Shown: positions 8,225-16,488 of the stretch, piece after piece
Layout of the letters: each line of letters opens with the position of its first letter
How positions within the stretch are numbered: the stretch's first letter is position 1
Assembly (NCBI GenBank): GCA_036502245.1
Contig: DASXYX010000028.1
Coordinates: forward strand, 96,637-160,636
Direction of reading: 5' to 3'
DNA: 64,000 nt
Source of the DNA: Verrucomicrobiia bacterium
GTDB taxonomy: Bacteria; Verrucomicrobiota; Verrucomicrobiia; Limisphaerales; UBA11358
The notes under the pieces: generated by a model
Databases searched by the model: none
What the model saw: only the letters and a program-made list of their open reading frames with translations
What the model was told of the DNA's origin: nothing
Program-made: the position numbers and the translations under genes

Positions 8225-10933
8225 ATGAGACTGATCTATTACACTGCCATCGGACTATTTTGTCTGCTCTCAAACGTCGCCGCGTTGGCCGATGAGACCT
8301 GCGTCTCGTGCGATAAACAGATCACCGTCACCGGCCAGTTCCAGCACCGGCGCGCGTTCGGCGTGGCGACCATCCAGGGCGAGCTTTCGCGCTGGGGCGA
8401 TGCGTTCCGCGAGGAGATTTACGGCACGAACTTCACCATCACCATCGCCAACCTGCCGGCGGGAAGTTATACGGCATACATCGGATTTGCGGAAGTGGAT
8501 TACACCAACACGGGTGACCGCGTGTTCGACATCACGGGCAATGGCCAACCCATCGCCACCAATTTTGACATCGTCGCCGCGGCAGGTGGTTCGGGCAAAG
8601 TGTATTTCATCACTAACCAAATTGATTTTGCAGGAGAATCAATCGGCGGACCGATGACGTTCAATTTTGCGGGCCGCGTTGGCGACGCCAAAATGAATTC
8701 GTTCGAGCTGCGCGATGCCAGCAAGCAATCGATTGTGTTTATCCGCGCGGCGGATCTGCTGGACGTCGGCGACAAAGCCGCGCTGGCGCCGCCCGTGGTG
8801 AACGGGCCGGAGATATGGAAAGACCCGGCGCAGCCCGTTGACGCGCGCGTGCAGGACCTGATCAGCCGCATGTCGCTCGCCGAAAAAGTGCAGCAGATGC
8901 GCAATAATGCCCCGTCCATCCCGCGACTTGGCGTGCCGGCTTACAATTATTGGAGCGAATGCCTGCACGGCGTGGCGCGTTCGGGCGTGGCCACGGTGTT
9001 TCCCCAGGCCATCGGCATGGCCGCTACGTGGGACACCCCGCTCATCCATCAGGAGGCGCATGTCATTGCCGTGGAAGCGCGCGCGAAGAACAATGATTAT
9101 CGCGCCAAACACGACGGCAATACTGTCCAGTACTACGGCCTGCATTTCTGGACGCCGAACATCAACATTTTCCGCGACCCGCGTTGGGGCCGCGGCCAGG
9201 AAACCTACGGTGAAGATCCGTTCCTGACCGGGCAACTGGGCGTCTCGTTCATCCAGGGTTTGCAAGGCGACGACCCGAAATATCTCGAAGCCTACGCGTG
9301 CGCGAAACATTACGCCGTCCACAGCGGACCGGAACCGCTCCGTCATGAATTTGATGTCTCTCCGCCTGAGCGCGATCTTTACGAGACCTACCTGCCCCAG
9401 TTCGAAGCGGCGGTGCGCGAAGGCCATGTCGGCGGCGTGATGGGAGCCTACAATGCGGTCGAAGGCAAACCCGCCTGCGCGAGTCCGTTTTTGCTGACCG
9501 ACCTATTGCGCAATCAATGGGGATTTGACGGTTACGTCACTTCCGATTGCGGCGCGATCTTCGATATCTGGGCTAATCATAAATTTGTCAACTCACCCGA
9601 AGAAGCCGCCGCCGTGGCAGTGAAGGCGGGCGACGACCTTTGCTGCGGCACGGATTACGATGCGCTGGCGCGCGCCGTACAGGAAGGCCTCATCACGCAA
9701 CAGGAGATCGATACCGCCCTTGCGTGGTTGCTCAAGACGCGCTTCCGCCTCGGCATGTTCGACCCACCCTCAATGGTTCCTTACGACCAGATTCCGGCAT
9801 CGGAGAATAATACGCCCGCGCACCAGGAACTGGCGCTACAGGTCGCGCGGGAATCGATGGTCTTGCTAAAAAACAATGGCCTGTTGCCGCTCAACCGCAA
9901 CAAAATCAAACGCATCGCTGTCATCGGCATCAATGCCGATTCCACGAACGTGTTGCTCGGCAATTACAACGGCACGCCGTCAAACCCGATCAGAATTCTC
10001 GATGGCATTCGCGCCGTCGCCGGTGTAGACGTCCAGGTGGATTATGTGCGCGGCTGTCCTTTGGCCACGCATACCAATGAGACCTATCAGCCGGACGACG
10101 ATTTCACCAATGCCGTCAACGCTGCCGCTCAAGCCGACGTAGTCATTTATGTGGGCGGCATTGACGCCCATCTGGAAGGCGAAGAGATGCGTGTTTATCT
10201 GGACGGATTTAACGGCGGTGACCGCACGCGCATCGAATTGCCCACGTCACAGGAAACGCTGTTGAAAGCGTTGCAGGCGACCGGCAAACCGGTGGTCTAT
10301 GTCAATTGCAGCGGCAGCGCCATGGCCATGCCGTGGGAAAAGAAATTTCTTCCCGCCATTTTGCAAGCGTGGTATCCCGGCGAGGAAGGCGGACGCGCCG
10401 TGGCCGAGACCTTGTTCGGCGATTACAATCCTGCCGGACGTTTGCCGGTAACATTTTACCAGTCCACTGCCGATCTGCCGGATTTTGAAAACTATTCCAT
10501 GAGCAACCGCACCTACCGTTATTTCACCGGCAAACCGCTCTTCGCCTTCGGCCATGGATTGAGCTATACGAAGTTCGCTTATCGCCATGCCAAGTTGGCG
10601 GACAAAACAATCAGCTCAAACGGCACACTCACGGTAACGTTTGACGTCAAGAATACTGGCAACCGCGACGGTGATGAAGTGGCGCAAGTTTATTTCCGCC
10701 ATGTGAATTCTGCCGTGCCGCAACCCCTGGAGGCGCTATGCGGCTTCCAACGCGTCCACCTGGCCGCTGGCCAAAGCCAGACGGTCACCAACGAAATCCC
10801 CGTCGAACGATTCCGTTATTGGGACACAACGAAACAACAATACGTTGTTGAGCCGGGCAAATACCAGTTGCTCGTGGGAGCAGCGTCCGATGATATCCGG
10901 GAACGGTTGGCGTTTAGTGTGGCAGGGCAATGA
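8225..10933 (+). CDS. Exported GH3 beta-xylosidase/beta-glucosidase with N-terminal malectin-like carbohydrate-binding domain
   Basis: Hydrophobic N-terminus (MRLIYYTAIGLFCLL). Malectin-like segment YTAYIGFAEVDYTNTGDRVFDITGNG...FDIVAAAGG. Then a GH3 core (SLAEKVQQM, KHYAVHSGPE, GYVTSDC) and an Fn3-like C-terminus. Confidence 0.9.
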   Translation: MRLIYYTAIGLFCLLSNVAALADETCVSCDKQITVTGQFQHRRAFGVATIQGELSRWGDAFREEIYGTNFTITIANLPAGSYTAYIGFAEVDYTNTGDRVFDITGNGQPIATNFDIVAAAGGSGKVYFITNQIDFAGESIGGPMTFNFAGRVGDAKMNSFELRDASKQSIVFIRAADLLDVGDKAALAPPVVNGPEIWKDPAQPVDARVQDLISRMSLAEKVQQMRNNAPSIPRLGVPAYNYWSECLHGVARSGVATVFPQAIGMAATWDTPLIHQEAHVIAVEARAKNNDYRAKHDGNTVQYYGLHFWTPNINIFRDPRWGRGQETYGEDPFLTGQLGVSFIQGLQGDDPKYLEAYACAKHYAVHSGPEPLRHEFDVSPPERDLYETYLPQFEAAVREGHVGGVMGAYNAVEGKPACASPFLLTDLLRNQWGFDGYVTSDCGAIFDIWANHKFVNSPEEAAAVAVKAGDDLCCGTDYDALARAVQEGLITQQEIDTALAWLLKTRFRLGMFDPPSMVPYDQIPASENNTPAHQELALQVARESMVLLKNNGLLPLNRNKIKRIAVIGINADSTNVLLGNYNGTPSNPIRILDGIRAVAGVDVQVDYVRGCPLATHTNETYQPDDDFTNAVNAAAQADVVIYVGGIDAHLEGEEMRVYLDGFNGGDRTRIELPTSQETLLKALQATGKPVVYVNCSGSAMAMPWEKKFLPAILQAWYPGEEGGRAVAETLFGDYNPAGRLPVTFYQSTADLPDFENYSMSNRTYRYFTGKPLFAFGHGLSYTKFAYRHAKLADKTISSNGTLTVTFDVKNTGNRDGDEVAQVYFRHVNSAVPQPLEALCGFQRVHLAAGQSQTVTNEIPVERFRYWDTTKQQYVVEPGKYQLLVGAASDDIRERLAFSVAGQ

Positions 10934-10934
10934 T

Positions 10935-11032
10935 CCAACCCTTTCAGGGTCGAAAATCATGCGGACAATTAACCCAGCGTAGGCGCGAGCGCCAACGCTG
11001 GGCTATATGATTTCAACCCCGTTGGGGTTGAA
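10935..11032. repeat. REP cluster (trailer-type module, solo copy)
   Basis: Three hairpins: CCAACCC-TTTCAG-GGTCG (degenerate), CCCAGCGT-N14-ACGCTGGG, TCAACCCC-GTT-GGGGTTGA. The same module occurs at 11672-11768 and 24362-24460. Confidence 0.75.
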
Positions 11033-11106
11033 AGGCGACTTTAACCAAAACTTCTACTTAATTTCCAAATACTCAAACATGAAGTAGCGAAACGTATTAA
11101 ACCTTT

Positions 11107-11206
11107 GGCAATCCCAAAGGGATTGCAATAATATAGCCCGGCGTTGCGAGGAACGAGCTACGCCGGGTTACGTCCAAAGCAAATATTCAACCCTGAAAGG
11201 GTTGAA
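11107..11206 (+). repeat. Structured ~100-bp leader of RAYT copy 1 (three hairpins)
   Basis: GCAATCCC-AAA-GGGATTGC; CCCGGCGT-N15-ACGCCGGG; TTCAACCC-TGAAA-GGGTTGAA. Near-identical copies at 23798-23897 and 24528-24627. Confidence 0.75.
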
Positions 11207-11215
11207 TCAAAGTTT

Positions 11216-11671
11216 ATGCCGCAGTCCTTATCAAATATTTTGGTGCATGCCGTATTTTCCACCAAAGATCGGCGTCCGTTTATCCGGGATAAAGGCTTAC
11301 GCGGTGAATTGCACAAATACATCGGCGGCATTTTGAATCATCTCGATTGTTATCCACTCATCGTTAGCGGTGTTGAAGATCACGTGCATCTGCTCTCCAC
11401 CCTCTCCCGTACTTGTGAACCGGCAGAAATGGTCAAAGAGGTCAAACGTGGCTCATCGTTATGGATTAAGCAAAGGGATGTAAAGCTGCAGGATTTTGCA
11501 TGGCAAAGTGGTTACGGGATCTTTTCCATCGGGGTTTCCCAAATTGAACCAGTCAGTAATTATATTGCGGGGCAGGAAGAACATCACCGGACAGTTTCAT
11601 TTCAGGATGAATTGCGGAAATTATTGCGCGAACACAAAATCGAATTTGATGAACGGTATGTCTGGGACTGA
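11216..11671 (+). CDS. rayT: REP-associated tyrosine transposase (RAYT; IS200/IS605-like Y1/HUH transposase fold), copy 1
   Basis: 151 aa from ATG 11216. HUH motif (DHVHLL) and YIAGQEEHH catalytic-Tyr motif. No tnpB partner. Flanked by REP hairpins. The longer ORF-track start at 11144 runs through the repeat leader. Confidence 0.9.
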   Translation: MPQSLSNILVHAVFSTKDRRPFIRDKGLRGELHKYIGGILNHLDCYPLIVSGVEDHVHLLSTLSRTCEPAEMVKEVKRGSSLWIKQRDVKLQDFAWQSGYGIFSIGVSQIEPVSNYIAGQEEHHRTVSFQDELRKLLREHKIEFDERYVWD

Positions 11672-11768
11672 TTCAACCCTTTCAGGGTTGAATTTATTCG
11701 CAACCTGAACCCAGCGTAGGCGCAAACGCCAACGCTGGGCTTTATTATTTCAACCCCGTTGGGGTTGA
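11672..11768. repeat. REP cluster (trailer of RAYT copy 1)
   Basis: TTCAACCC-TTTCAG-GGTTGAA; CCCAGCGT-N14-ACGCTGGG; TCAACCCC-GTT-GGGGTTGA. Confidence 0.75.
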
Positions 11769-11790
11769 CGACCGTCCGTTTCACAATTTA

Positions 11791-13020
11791 CTACCCCAAA
11801 AAATCCGCGCCTTTTTCTTCGACATAGCGCAGGCCGTGGATCTTGCGTTTGCCGATGATGAGGATGGCAAAGCCGATCCAGGAGGTCGCGGCCAGGATGA
11901 AGGCCACGGGCAGCATGGTGTGGGAATCGAAGATGCCCACCGCGGCCGAGGCCAGGACCGAGATGCCGATCTGCAGGAAGCCCAGCATGGCCGAAGCGCT
12001 CCCGATGTTCTGCGAAAAAGGCACGAGCGAGAGCGCCGCCGCATTCGGAAAAGCCAGTCCCAGGCTGGACAGGATGATGAACAGGAGCGCGAACGTTTCC
12101 GCCAGGTTAAACCAGCCAAGCCATGTCCCGATGAGCAAGAGCGTGACCATGGGACAATTCACAAGCATGGTCACGCGGTAGATCTGTTCACTGGTGAATT
12201 TGCGGAGCAGGAAGACGTTCACCTGGTTGCTGCCAACGAATCCCACCGCCAGCATCGCAAAGATAGCGCTAAACTCTTTGGGACTGACATGGAAGGCTTC
12301 CATAAAGATGATGGGCGAACTGGCAACGTACGCCAGCAGGCCGGAAAAAGAGAACGCGCCGGACAATGCATAGACGAGGAACTGCGGTTCGCGCAGCACG
12401 GCAGCGTAATTGCGCAAAATGGGCACTGGCCGGAGGGAAATACTGCGGTCAGGCTGATGCCCGGTGGGGAGTTTCCAGATGGAAATGACCAGCATCAACA
12501 GGGCGAATGCCGCCAGCACGATGAACACCGCCTGCCAGCCAAGATGTTTCGCCACAAAAAGCCCGGCACTGGGCGCCAGAAATGGCGACACGCTCAGGAT
12601 GAGGATGAGCAGCGAGATGATCTTGGCGGTCTCGTCCACGTGAAAAAAATCGCGCACCATGGCCATAGCAGCGACCTGCGCGGCGCACCCACCCATCGCC
12701 TGCAGGATGCGGCAGACAATCAGCCACTCCACCGAACGCGAACACAGACAGAGGATGGAGGCGATCATGAACATTACCATGCCCACATATAACGGCGGTT
12801 TGCGCCCGAACCGGTCCAGCAACGGCCCGTAGCAGAGTTGTCCCACGGCCAGTCCGCCAAAATAACTGGAGATCGACAGCGAAAGATGGGTCGTCGTCGT
12901 GTTCAGCGCGGCGGCCACTTCCGGAAACGCCGGCAAATACATGTCGATGGCGAACGGGCTGATGGTGGACAGCCCGCCCAAAATCAAGATGATCAGGTTT
13001 CGGTTGCGTGATTGGGACAT
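11791..13020 (-). CDS. Bcr/CflA-family MFS drug efflux transporter
   Basis: Start at ATG 13020 (MSQSRNRNLIILILGGLSTISPFAIDMYLPAFP, the typical Bcr/CflA N-terminus). 12-TM pattern. The ORF-track start at 13155 extends into repeat DNA. Confidence 0.88.
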   Translation of the reverse strand: MSQSRNRNLIILILGGLSTISPFAIDMYLPAFPEVAAALNTTTTHLSLSISSYFGGLAVGQLCYGPLLDRFGRKPPLYVGMVMFMIASILCLCSRSVEWLIVCRILQAMGGCAAQVAAMAMVRDFFHVDETAKIISLLILILSVSPFLAPSAGLFVAKHLGWQAVFIVLAAFALLMLVISIWKLPTGHQPDRSISLRPVPILRNYAAVLREPQFLVYALSGAFSFSGLLAYVASSPIIFMEAFHVSPKEFSAIFAMLAVGFVGSNQVNVFLLRKFTSEQIYRVTMLVNCPMVTLLLIGTWLGWFNLAETFALLFIILSSLGLAFPNAAALSLVPFSQNIGSASAMLGFLQIGISVLASAAVGIFDSHTMLPVAFILAATSWIGFAILIIGKRKIHGLRYVEEKGADFLG

Positions 13021-13129
13021 ATCTTGCGTTCCAAGGGCACGCAAAATGGCAGCAAAAGAAAAAATAGACAGAAAAAAATTACCGCCGGCGCTCTTATGGG
13101 CGCATCTCACTTTTTTGCAACTGTTATGC

Positions 13130-13510
13130 CTGAATCCTGAAAGGATTCCCATCATTCAGCCCAGCGTAGGCTCGCAGACTCGCCAACGCTGGGTTTGGTG
13201 GAGAAAAAGATCAACCCCAACGGGGTTGTATCGCCAATGGGCACGAATGGATTCAACCCTTTCAGAGACCTCTGCAAAAGGGGTAGCGCAGGTTTCCTAA
13301 CCTGCTGTATCGCCGACTTCCAAGTCGGCAGAGCGTGGAAACATTGGGAAACCAGCGGATTGGGAAATCCGCGATACAAGTCTGCGCTACAATAAGGTGT
13401 TTTGCAGAGGTTTCTTTCAGGGTTGAATTCATGGCGTCATCACCCCAGGGCAGCTCGTTCCTCGCAACCTTTGGGCTGAATGATTCAATCCCGTTGGGAT
13501 TGCTGAACAG
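13130..13510. repeat. Composite REP cluster (BIME-like) including a nested insertion
   Basis: Degenerate trailer module at 13130-13240 (CCCAGCGT..ACGCTGGG; TCAACCCC-AAC-GGGGTTG). Split TTCAACCC/GGGTTGAA REP at 13251-13430. Inverted degenerate RAYT-leader copy at 13440-13505 (..GCTCGTTCCTCGCAAC..CAATCCC-GTT-GGGATTG). Confidence 0.7.
13266..13414. mobile_element. 149-bp non-coding foldback (MITE-like) element inserted in the loop of a REP hairpin
   Basis: 12-bp perfect terminal inverted repeats ACCTCTGCAAAA (13268-13279) / TTTTGCAGAGGT (13400-13411). Flanking TTTCAG duplicated at 13260-13265 and 13415-13420. Inner stem GTAGCGCAG / CTGCGCTAC plus three internal hairpins. Confidence 0.6.
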
Positions 13511-13610
13511 GCAAGAACTGCAAGAAACTGAGATGCGCCCCGCTCTTACTCTCCATCGCCATCTCATTGCCCGCCCTCGCCATCCCCACGCCTTCTGCTA
13601 ATCTCAATAC

Positions 13611-13961
13611 GTGACCGAAGTCAAACCCGGCCAATCGCGAAAGTTGAGCGCCCGCCTCAAACGGGCCGGCAGCATTATTTTGGCCGTTGGCATCCTCGCT
13701 GCCGGAACCGTTTATTGGATCGGCACTCGCAATAATAGCCTGGATGACGATCCGTCGATGCAGGGCTTCAATCGCGCCGAACAACGCCAAATGGGCCAGC
13801 TCTATGGCAATTCCGGCGAAATGATTGATGATTGGACGAACGATTTGAAACAGCCCGGCACTCAGGCAGTTTTGATCCTCATCGTAACTGGCGTGGCCGC
13901 TGCGGGCTGCTTGTACTTTGCGCGTCTGGTCACGATTGATGAAGAATCGTCCGGGCCATAG
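13611..13961 (+). CDS. Hypothetical small membrane protein (2 predicted TM)
   Basis: 116-aa ORF with GTG start and two hydrophobic segments (IILAVGILAAGTVYWI; AVLILIVTGVAAAGCLYFA). No recognisable family. Confidence 0.5.
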   Translation: MTEVKPGQSRKLSARLKRAGSIILAVGILAAGTVYWIGTRNNSLDDDPSMQGFNRAEQRQMGQLYGNSGEMIDDWTNDLKQPGTQAVLILIVTGVAAAGCLYFARLVTIDEESSGP

Positions 13962-14073
13962 CCCTTTATTGCATTTTACAAAAAGTCTCGTGCGAAATGC
14001 CACGATGCGCCGACATCGCAGCTAGAAAATCTTAATAAATCGCGTCTTTCCCCTGCTGGCATAGCAAACGCTA

Positions 14074-14598
14074 ATGAGGACGCACATGAAACAACTGATT
14101 TCGGTGATGGGGATACTAGGGATGTCAGTTTCTATCGCGTGTGCCCAGGACATGAGCACCAATCAGGTGTCATCTCAAATGCCACCGTTGCCGTTGAACG
14201 ATTTTGCGCACAGCCTGAGCGCGGGGTTGATGGTGGGAGAACCGACGGGGCCAACGGTCAAATATTTTCTCACGGATGTGCTTGCGGTGGATGGGGCCTT
14301 CGGGTGGTCGCCGTTCCCGCATGCAGACATGGAATTCCATGCGGACATCCTGTACCACGACTTCAACCTGATCCATGTGGATGAAGGGAGACTGCCGGTC
14401 TATGTCGGGGCCGGTGCCTTTGTAAGATTCCGGCATAACGCCGACAACCAGGGCGGCATCCGGATACCATTTGGCATCTCGTACATGTTCCAGGACATCC
14501 CGGTGGACATTTTTGCGGAAGTTGGTCCGGCCATCGTGCTCACGCCGGATGTGCGGGGCGAAATCGTAGGCGGTATTGGCGCGCGCTATCGATTTTAG
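14074..14598 (+). CDS. Small outer-membrane beta-barrel protein (OmpW/OprF-N-like porin-family fold)
   Basis: Signal peptide (..MSVSIACAQ; alternative start 14086). Alternating beta-strand pattern. C-terminal ..GARYRF aromatic terminus is typical of OMPs. Confidence 0.7.
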   Translation: MRTHMKQLISVMGILGMSVSIACAQDMSTNQVSSQMPPLPLNDFAHSLSAGLMVGEPTGPTVKYFLTDVLAVDGAFGWSPFPHADMEFHADILYHDFNLIHVDEGRLPVYVGAGAFVRFRHNADNQGGIRIPFGISYMFQDIPVDIFAEVGPAIVLTPDVRGEIVGGIGARYRF

Positions 14599-14643
14599 GT
14601 TGGTTTAGAATTTTTCGCCAAGGAACGAAGAAACGAGAAAAGG

Positions 14644-14680
14644 GCGCGGACATCTTTGTCCGCGCTCTTTCATTTTTCAC
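14644..14680 (+). terminator. Rho-independent terminator after the OMP gene
   Basis: GCGCGGACA-TCTT-TGTCCGCGC followed by TCTTTCATTTTT. Confidence 0.7.
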
Positions 14681-14860
14681 TAGAGCGTTTTAAAAAATAG
14701 TGTGGCCGTTCGGAGCGAGGATTTTTGGTGTTTTGGCGAGGCTTTGGCGAAGGAGCATGTTTGAAAACCCTGTGACTGAGCCGAAACGAAGCCAAAACCC
14801 AAAAAGACCGCTTCCTCTCCTCCTCCCCCGAATGGCTACAATATTTTTTAAAACGCTCTA
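14681..14860. mobile_element. 180-bp MITE-like foldback element
   Basis: 33-bp terminal inverted repeats TAGAGCGTTTTAAAAAATAGTGTGGCCGTTCGG / CCGAATGGCTACAATATTTTTTAAAACGCTCTA, 30 of 33 complementary. A second internal complementary block (TTTTTGGTGTTTTGGC / GCCAAAACCCAAAAA). No ORF. Begins and ends with TA. Confidence 0.55.
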
Positions 14861-14902
14861 AAACCTCTGGCGTCCGCGCGCAATATTTCGTTTCCTTGCG
14901 CG

Positions 14903-16063
14903 GTGATCGCCAATGCCATTTTCGCCGCGCTCGCTCTCCTGAGCTGCGCCCTGCTCTTTTGGCAATGGCGGGCAGCCATGAGATTCCCCCTGCATCAGCG
15001 CATCACCTTACCGGATTTTGCGCCGGCCCTGACTCTCCTCAAGCCTTTAAAGGGCTGCGACGATTCAACCGTCGCCTCTCTGGACTCCTGGCTCGCGCAG
15101 AATTACACAGGCCAAACGCAGATCCTCTTCGGAGTGGCTGACGCGTCCGACCCAATCTGCAAACTTGTTGAAGACCTACTCAAAAAACACCCGGCAACCG
15201 ACGCACGACTGGTGATCTGCAGCCAATCACTCGGCGCCAACGCCAAAGTCTCCACGCTCGCCCAATTGGAGCCACTGGCAAAACATGACCTGATCCTTAT
15301 CAGCGATGCCGATGTGCGCGTGCCACCGGATTTCCTGGCAAATGTTGTCGCGCCGTTGCGTGATGAGAAAGTAGCCCTCGCGAATAGTTTCTATCGCCTG
15401 GCCAATCCTTCGACCGTCGCAATGCAGTGGGAGGCGATCGCCATCAACGCCGATTTCTGGAGCCAGGTGCTACAATCGCAAACACTCAAGCCTCTCGATT
15501 TCGCGATGGGTGCCACGATTTTAGTGCGCCGCAAATCGCTCGAAAGCATCGGAGGGTTCAGGTCTTTGTTAGATTGTCTCGCCGACGATTTCCAGATCGG
15601 AAATCGCATCGCCAAAAAGAGCGGGCGTATCGCGCTGTGTCCCGTGGTGGTCGAATGCTGGGACTCGCCGAAGGGTTGGGAAGCAGTCTGGAAGCATCAA
15701 TTGCGCTGGGCGCGGACCATTCGCGTCTGCCAGCCCCTGCCCTATTTTTTCAGCATCCTCTCCAATGCCACGCTTTGGCCGCTGCTATGGCTCGTCATCG
15801 CGATCATAACGACAAAAACACTTTGCGCGCCACTGACCGCAGTTGCCCTCATACTAATAAGAATTTGTCTCGCTCAAAACCTGCAACGCCGCTTCACGCC
15901 GGATCGCAAACTGATCTCGCCCTTCTGGCTGGTGCCGGTGAAGGACCTGCTCCAGGCCGCGATCTGGTTCTGCGCTTTTGCCGGAAACACCGTGGAATGG
16001 CGCGGGCAAAAAATGAAATTGCGCGGGGACGGAACTTTGATTGCGAAACCCGCCGCCGACTGA
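14903..16063 (+). CDS. GT2/GT21-type glycosyltransferase (ceramide glucosyltransferase / HpnI-like)
   Basis: 386 aa, GTG start. N-terminal TM, LKPLKG, ISDADV (DxD) and QLRWARTIR (Q/RxxRW) motifs, C-terminal TM helices. Confidence 0.8.
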   Translation: MIANAIFAALALLSCALLFWQWRAAMRFPLHQRITLPDFAPALTLLKPLKGCDDSTVASLDSWLAQNYTGQTQILFGVADASDPICKLVEDLLKKHPATDARLVICSQSLGANAKVSTLAQLEPLAKHDLILISDADVRVPPDFLANVVAPLRDEKVALANSFYRLANPSTVAMQWEAIAINADFWSQVLQSQTLKPLDFAMGATILVRRKSLESIGGFRSLLDCLADDFQIGNRIAKKSGRIALCPVVVECWDSPKGWEAVWKHQLRWARTIRVCQPLPYFFSILSNATLWPLLWLVIAIITTKTLCAPLTAVALILIRICLAQNLQRRFTPDRKLISPFWLVPVKDLLQAAIWFCAFAGNTVEWRGQKMKLRGDGTLIAKPAAD

Positions 16064-16080
16064 TAATGTATCAGCCGGTC

Positions 16081-16155
16081 AGGCGCTTAGCGCAGCGGTA
16101 GCGCAGCAGCTTTACACGCTGTTGGTCGGGGGTTCGAATCCCTCAGCGCCTACCA
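16081..16155 (+). tRNA. tRNA-Val (anticodon TAC), CCA encoded
   Basis: Manual cloverleaf: acceptor AGGCGCT/AGCGCCT; D arm GCGC-AGCGGTA-GCGC; anticodon arm GCAGC-TTTACAC-GCTGT; variable TGGTC; T arm GGGGG-TTCGAAT-CCCTC; then A-CCA. Confidence 0.93.
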
Positions 16156-16456
16156 TCCCAAAAATTGCACACAATCAGGCTATTTTTGCGCTGTACATTA
16201 TATCGCACTGCGATATATTTTAACCAAGATTAAGATTGGATTAAACCAAGATTAAAATGGCAACACAGGTTTGACCTGAACCAGGGGTATGATAAAAACC
16301 AGTAGTTCTTTTAACATAAAACAGCTTTGAATTTGCTGTTCGTTAGGTTGGCATAGAGATTTTGCCCGCGGCGCGGCTTGAACAGCACCCCCCAAATAAG
16401 CCCGCCGCCCTTCTGAGCGTTTCCGGTGAGGACGTCTAAATCTCGATCACCGCGTG

Positions 16457-16488
16457 AAGCCGGACTTTATGTCCGGCTTTATGTTTTT
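16457..16488 (+). terminator. Orphan rho-independent terminator-like hairpin in ORF-free region
   Basis: AAGCCGGAC-TTTAT-GTCCGGCTT followed by TATGTTTTT. No upstream CDS on this strand between the tRNA and this site. Confidence 0.5.

Noticed and set aside
16156-16340. Integrated element or prophage remnant at tRNA-Val
   Set aside because: There is no integrase, no phage-like ORFs and no visible duplication of the tRNA 3' end. I kept it only as a low-confidence sRNA/scar finding.
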